Part shown: positions 59,032 to 64,000 of the stretch, piece after piece
Numbering within the stretch: the stretch's first letter is position 1
Layout of the letters: each line of letters opens with the position of its first letter
Origin: Candidatus Dojkabacteria bacterium
Lineage (GTDB): Bacteria; Patescibacteriota; Dojkabacteria; SC72
Reading direction: 5' to 3'
NCBI GenBank assembly: GCA_035271645.1
Contig: DATERJ010000012.1
Location: 93,551-157,550 of the forward strand
Length of the DNA stretch: 64,000 nt
Translations under genes and position numbers: made by a program
The notes under the pieces: generated by a model
What the model was told of the DNA's origin: nothing
The model's input: the letters and a program-made list of their open reading frames with translations, nothing else
The model's database searches: none

Positions 59032-59580
59032 TTAATAATCTCTCCAAATTTTCCTACATTCCTCTAAAACACCCCACGCTTTTTCAACAAACTTAGGATT
59101 AAAACGAGGTTTTCTTCGCAGTAATTCTGGTACAATCATTTTTGAACCAGATAACGGGTATTCAAATCTTTTCATATAGTGTAGACAACTAAGGATTTCC
59201 ATCCATTCTACTTTACTAGTTGGTAACCCATGGTCCAGAACTTTTAAATCTTTTCGTACTTGTATTACGATTGCTTTATACTCTTCAGTTAAATTGATGT
59301 TATCAAGATCAGCACCGTTCTTTATTTTCTCATCAAGAGATTGTAGGTCCCAGTCAAGACGAGTTGAGTAAGGCCCTGACCAATTCCATGAAAAGCTGAA
59401 ATCTTTAAATTCTCCAACAATAAACATTTTCAGGAAATAGCACATTTTTTGTGCCATGTCATGAACAACTGCGAACCTACGATTTCCCTTATCTGTAGGA
59501 TAAGCGGAATAGTCTTCTTCGTAAAATAATGCGAAAAGTGTCAAGAACTTCTTTTCATTAAAATCAAGTGTTGTATCCAT
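59032..59580 (-). CDS. YwgA-like / DarG-C-terminal-like protein
   Basis: QKMCYFL..FSW..GPYS..WMEILSCLHY pattern; strong SD. Confidence 0.5.
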   Translation of the reverse strand: MDTTLDFNEKKFLTLFALFYEEDYSAYPTDKGNRRFAVVHDMAQKMCYFLKMFIVGEFKDFSFSWNWSGPYSTRLDWDLQSLDEKIKNGADLDNINLTEEYKAIVIQVRKDLKVLDHGLPTSKVEWMEILSCLHYMKRFEYPLSGSKMIVPELLRRKPRFNPKFVEKAWGVLEECRKIWRDY

Positions 59581-59630
59581 CTTTTTTCTCCTTTTTTATA
59601 TATTTTTTGTGATTACTTCTAACCAATAGA

Positions 59631-59688
59631 TTGTTAAAGTGCGACAAGGTATTATAACAATCTGAACGGGACAAAACAAGGCTATGGG
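59631..59688 (-). promoter_or_regulatory. Expression module: CCCATAG-25-TATAAT and boxA-like GCACTTTAACAA
   Basis: motif 59682-59688, -10 59651-59656, boxA-like 59631-59642. Confidence 0.65.
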
Positions 59689-59703
59689 ATTGGTTGTGTG
59701 GGA

Positions 59704-61815
59704 TTACTTCTTCACATATAGTTTGATATCAACAGCATATGCCTTCTCTTCATTAAGCATAACTGGATTGATATCCATTGATATTATCTCAGGGTATGTA
59801 ATGAGCAAACTCTGTATTTTCATTATAATATCAACAAACTTCTCTCTAGCTAGTTTTGGTTTACCCCTATACCCATCAATTATCTTAGAAACACTTGTTT
59901 CAGAAAGTATATGGTCTACCTTCTCTCTCATCTCTGGGATAAGGACATGTTTAATATCTTTGTAAACCTCTGTGTATACACCACCCTTACCAATTGCCAT
60001 TAGATGGCCAAAACCTACTCCATCTTTCTCGTAAATATGACTATCTCCATCTCTATTTGCACCTATGAACATCTCAATCTTACTGTTTTCTATCATCTCC
60101 TGTACAAGTATCTTCGGAGAGGGATTCCCTGTTATCTTTGTAATACCTTCTTTAAGTTCAGTATATTTCTCTTCGAACTCAGTAATCGTTCTAATATCCA
60201 AATGTAATGCTTTAAAATCTGTTTTGTGTGCTAAGTCTTGAGATGTTGCTTTAATTGCTACTGGGAAAATAGTTGCTGCAAAGTCTCTAGCCTCTTCTAA
60301 ACTACTTGCAACCAGTTGTTTTGGCATCTCAATACCAAATTCTTCAAATATTGCAATTGCCAACTCATCAGGTAGTACAGCCGTTTCTGTATTGTTGTTC
60401 ACAAATTCTTGAATTTCTCTCTTGTTTCTAGTTCTTCTAACATATTCCTTGCTATTTATCAGCTTGTTTAATCCTTTTCTCATCTCGAAATCTGCAAGTT
60501 TAGCAATAAGGTGCATGGTTTCTTCTACATCATTAAACCACCCTATTCCATTACTTTGTAAAATCTTGTATGCAGGTCTAACATCTTTTCCTCCTAGAAA
60601 ACAGGCGTAGATTGGTTTGGAGTTCTTTTTGGAAAGTTCCACTATTGCCTCAGCCGTACCTTCAATATCGGTCATTAGTTGTGGTGTAAGAAGGACTACT
60701 ACACTGTCAACATTTACATCTTCTAAAACTGTTGCGATTGCAGCTGAGTATCTGTCGCTTTTACCATCACCTAAGACATCAACAGGGTTTCGTGTAGAAG
60801 CCTCAACAGGTAGAATGGTTCTTAATTTCTGTTCTGTTTTCTCTCCTAAATCTACAATATTTAAACCTTCTATCTCTGCCCTATCTACTGCTGTTATACC
60901 AGGACCACCTGCATTAGAAACTATTGCAACATTCTTGCCTTTTGGTGTAAATCCTGTGTTAATTAATTCCATGAGCTTGTAGAGCTCTTCAGAGTTCTCT
61001 GCAAGAATGATATTTGCCTTCTTGACTGCAGCTAGTACAGCATCGTAAGAAGATGCAAGTGAACCGGTATGGGATGAGATAGCTTGTTTTGACTTTTCAG
61101 AACTACCAGGAGCAATTAGTAATACTGGCTTCTTAGACCTTTGTACAATTGATACGAATTCTTTTCCATCAGCAAATTCCTCTAGATATATTGCCACAGC
61201 TTTTACAGAATTGTTGTTTAAAAAGTATGGAAGTAGTTCATTTTCATTAATATCTGCTTTGTTACCTACGGATATGACATGTGAGAAACCCATTCCTGTT
61301 TCTGCTGCCATATCTAAAATGGCTGTACAGAATGCTCCAGATTGTGATATGAAAGCGATATTACCATCACCTGGGTTTGATCTAGCAAATGTTAGGTCTA
61401 TCTTAGCTTTGTTGTTGATAAAGCCAAGGCAGTTCGGTCCAATGAGGCGAATGTTCGCTCCTCTTAGTTTGTTTGTAATCCTTTCTTCTAATTCTTTTCC
61501 TTCATCTCCTGTTTCTGCAAATCCTGCAGACACTATTAATACCGACTTAACCTTTTTCTCTATACATTGGTCTACTACTTCTTCAACGAATTGGTAAGGT
61601 AAGGCTATTGCTACCATATCTATCTCTTCATTAACTTCAAGAATGGTTGGGTATGCTTTTCTACCTTGTAGTTCTGTATATTTAGGATTTATTGGATATA
61701 TTCTTCCATTGTATCCAGTCTCAAGAAGGTTTTGCATCATGACAGAACCTACTTTCTCAGGGTTCTCTGAGACTCCAACTATTGCAACAGACTTAGGTGA
61801 GAGTATTGTTTCCAT
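59704..61815 (-). CDS. Acetate--CoA ligase (ADP-forming), fused alpha/beta
   Basis: PKSVAIVG, GPNCLG, SQSGA, SHTGSLA, NAGGPG, HKTD, DINP. Confidence 0.9.
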   Translation of the reverse strand: METILSPKSVAIVGVSENPEKVGSVMMQNLLETGYNGRIYPINPKYTELQGRKAYPTILEVNEEIDMVAIALPYQFVEEVVDQCIEKKVKSVLIVSAGFAETGDEGKELEERITNKLRGANIRLIGPNCLGFINNKAKIDLTFARSNPGDGNIAFISQSGAFCTAILDMAAETGMGFSHVISVGNKADINENELLPYFLNNNSVKAVAIYLEEFADGKEFVSIVQRSKKPVLLIAPGSSEKSKQAISSHTGSLASSYDAVLAAVKKANIILAENSEELYKLMELINTGFTPKGKNVAIVSNAGGPGITAVDRAEIEGLNIVDLGEKTEQKLRTILPVEASTRNPVDVLGDGKSDRYSAAIATVLEDVNVDSVVVLLTPQLMTDIEGTAEAIVELSKKNSKPIYACFLGGKDVRPAYKILQSNGIGWFNDVEETMHLIAKLADFEMRKGLNKLINSKEYVRRTRNKREIQEFVNNNTETAVLPDELAIAIFEEFGIEMPKQLVASSLEEARDFAATIFPVAIKATSQDLAHKTDFKALHLDIRTITEFEEKYTELKEGITKITGNPSPKILVQEMIENSKIEMFIGANRDGDSHIYEKDGVGFGHLMAIGKGGVYTEVYKDIKHVLIPEMREKVDHILSETSVSKIIDGYRGKPKLAREKFVDIIMKIQSLLITYPEIISMDINPVMLNEEKAYAVDIKLYVKK

Positions 61816-61820
61816 ATGGT

Positions 61821-62699
61821 TTAACTATTCGTGTATTTTAATAGCTCTTTAATATTATATTCCTTGACCTCCTCTGCTAATTCAGAAATTATTCCTTTTC
61901 TACTGTGTAGGTTGTCATAGAAGGTGGGAATGGTGGTATCTTGGAATATTATGCCTGTATATATCTTCTTTGTTTTGTTTGCAGTTTCTAGGAGTTCTTT
62001 TGCAGCTTCCATTGAGTTTGAGGAGTATTCAGGTAGTGTATCGAGTTTGATAATGTTTTCTTTAAACCATTGAGGTGTCATCTCTCTGTTGTATGTAGGA
62101 CAAGATTGTGAGATGTTGATAACGCTACATCCTTTGTGTTGTATTCCTTTCTTGATTATCTCAGTTAGTTGTAGTGGGTCTCCAGAGTATGCTTTAGCGA
62201 AGAATGTTGGATGGAGATTGAGAATGAAGCTGTCAACATCTAGATTTCTCTCTGGACTTCCATGTGGTTGAGCGTACATCTTTTTTCCTTTAGGTGTGGT
62301 TACAGTTGCCTGTCCTGTTGTAAGAGCAAAGTTCTGATTGTTGTGTATGAGGATTGTAATGTCATAGTTGGATTTAATAGCATTTACTAGGTGGTCTAAT
62401 CCTTCATGAAAACACCCACCATCACCAATATCTGCAATTACTGTGAACTTTCTGTTTGCAAGATGTACACCAGAAGCAACTGCTATTGATCTGCCGTGTA
62501 GACCCTTGAAGGCATATGTACCTACTGTATCAGCACCATTTCCATTACAACCGATATCAAAGGATATTAGTGCTTCTGATGGTTCAATATTTAACTCAAT
62601 GAGTGCTTTTTTTAGTGCTGTGTGTATAGCAAAGTTTCCACATCCTGGACACCAGGTAGGAAGTGTTGTTGAGTTGTAGTCTTTTAGTTCTAGTGCCAT
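61821..62699 (-). CDS. 2-oxoacid:ferredoxin oxidoreductase beta subunit
   Basis: WCPGCG, LHGR, GDG, NN..FALT.GQ, CPTYN. Confidence 0.92.
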   Translation of the reverse strand: MALELKDYNSTTLPTWCPGCGNFAIHTALKKALIELNIEPSEALISFDIGCNGNGADTVGTYAFKGLHGRSIAVASGVHLANRKFTVIADIGDGGCFHEGLDHLVNAIKSNYDITILIHNNQNFALTTGQATVTTPKGKKMYAQPHGSPERNLDVDSFILNLHPTFFAKAYSGDPLQLTEIIKKGIQHKGCSVINISQSCPTYNREMTPQWFKENIIKLDTLPEYSSNSMEAAKELLETANKTKKIYTGIIFQDTTIPTFYDNLHSRKGIISELAEEVKEYNIKELLKYTNS

Positions 62700-64000
62700 C
62701 TATTTATTTAAGTAATCTAATATATCATCTACAAAGAAAGGTCTTCCATCATACTTGAGAAGTTTCTCTTTGAACTCGTAACTACATTTCTCTCTAATGA
62801 GGTTTCCTAGTTGTCCTGTCTGGTTGTTTTCAATTAATATCATTCTTTTTCCTTTCTCTGCAAGCTTAAGCAGAGTGCCTGTTTTTAGTGGAAGGATATA
62901 TTCATATGAGAGGTATGCGATATTTTCTCCTGTTGATTGTGCATCTAATACTGCATTCTTTGTGCTTCCACTTCCTATAAATATTGCTTCTGCGTTCTCA
63001 CTTCCAAAAAGTATTGGTTCTGGTATCTCTTGTTCGAGTGTTTGCATCTTTCTTGCTCTCTTTTCGGACATTTCCTTAACTTCATCCGCAACATCAGTAG
63101 AATGTCCGTTTTCTGTATGTTCATCGCTTGTGCTAATGTATGGTTTTAATCCTTTTGTTGGCATCCATCTAGGAGAGATTCCTGATTCTGTAATTTGGTA
63201 TCTAAACTCTCCTGTTGAGAGTCCTCTGTCTACTTTTTGTATCGGTGGTAGAGAGGATGTTGAGTATATTGATTCTGCTATCTGCTTCTCTGTGAGGATT
63301 ATAACTGGTAGTTGATATTTATCTGCAATGTTAAATGCTTTTTGTGTTAGTTCAAATGCTGAGTTAATGTCTGATATTGAGATTACACATCGTGGGTAAT
63401 CTCCGTGTCCTCCCTTAGTGGCTACAGATATATCTCCACTTCCAGTCCATGTGGGTACACCTGTTCCAGCTCCTATTCTTTGTGCTAGGACTATAACAAG
63501 AGGGGTTTCTGAGATTCCAGCACATGAGAGTGTTTCTGTCATTAAGTCAAATCCTCCTCCTGAGGTTGCAACTAAGACTCTTGTACCCATGTACATACTT
63601 CCAAGTGCCATTAGGGCTGCTGTTATCTCGTTTTCTGCTTGTTTGACTAGTATCTTTGTTTCATCAGCTGTTTCTCCTAAAAATTTCTGTATTGATGTAG
63701 CTGGTGTCATTGGGTATCCATAATATGCGCGTACTCCTCCTGCTAACGCTCCTAGTGCTACAGCTTCATTACCTGTCATGAGAAGTTTACGTTGTAGTGA
63801 TTTGGAAGGAAGTTCTATATCTTCCCCCAATGTATTCCTATATGATGGATGACTGTATCCCGCTACTATACATGCTTTCTCTGCTTCTATATCAATCTTT
63901 TTACCTTCCAAGAGTTCTAGTACTTCCTCAATGAGAATATTTACATCCTGTTTTAATATTTTCCATATATATCCTAGAAGGACGACATTGGCCATAATCT
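62700..64000 (-). CDS. 2-oxoacid:ferredoxin oxidoreductase alpha subunit (5' end outside window)
   Basis: GNEAVALGA, YPMTPAT, QAENEI, ATSGGGF.LM.E, KYDGRPF. Confidence 0.92.
   Translation of the reverse strand, partial: IMANVVLLGYIWKILKQDVNILIEEVLELLEGKKIDIEAEKACIVAGYSHPSYRNTLGEDIELPSKSLQRKLLMTGNEAVALGALAGGVRAYYGYPMTPATSIQKFLGETADETKILVKQAENEITAALMALGSMYMGTRVLVATSGGGFDLMTETLSCAGISETPLVIVLAQRIGAGTGVPTWTGSGDISVATKGGHGDYPRCVISISDINSAFELTQKAFNIADKYQLPVIILTEKQIAESIYSTSSLPPIQKVDRGLSTGEFRYQITESGISPRWMPTKGLKPYISTSDEHTENGHSTDVADEVKEMSEKRARKMQTLEQEIPEPILFGSENAEAIFIGSGSTKNAVLDAQSTGENIAYLSYEYILPLKTGTLLKLAEKGKRMILIENNQTGQLGNLIREKCSYEFKEKLLKYDGRPFFVDDILDYLNK

Noticed and set aside
1-64000. TGA recoding (genetic code 25)
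   Set aside because: Conserved genes are full length under code 11 and several end in TGA

Overview
AT-rich (roughly one-third GC by eye) bacterial chromosome segment, most consistent with a Patescibacteria/CPR (Dojkabacteria-like) genome. This is an inference from the many leaderless genes, alpha2-type GlyRS, archaeal-type Cmk and fermentative PFOR/acetate-CoA ligase/pyk. Housekeeping genes (murG, ftsW, pyk, secG, def, typA, murB, greA, glyQS, glmS with a variant glmS ribozyme, 4 tRNAs) are interspersed with accessory DNA. The most striking unexplained pattern is a dispersed family of minus-strand expression modules. Each has a CCCATAG/CCTATAG motif 20-27 bp upstream of TATAAT, a boxA-like sequence, often a leader hairpin and a strong SD, and a long irregular 3' hairpin. 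The modules carry either unrelated cargo genes or ORF-less structured RNAs, and three are stacked in tandem behind tRNA-His with a ~154-bp near-identical repeat. Other notable loci: four radical-SAM genes plus a kinase next to a full NAD salvage operon and tRNA-Leu; a 2311-aa surface protein with an internal LPDTG signal followed by a second signal peptide (apparent polyprotein) next to a sortase; a second atypical sortase/substrate pair; and an McrB-N/NucS fusion nuclease. No integrase, transposase, CRISPR array or rRNA was seen.
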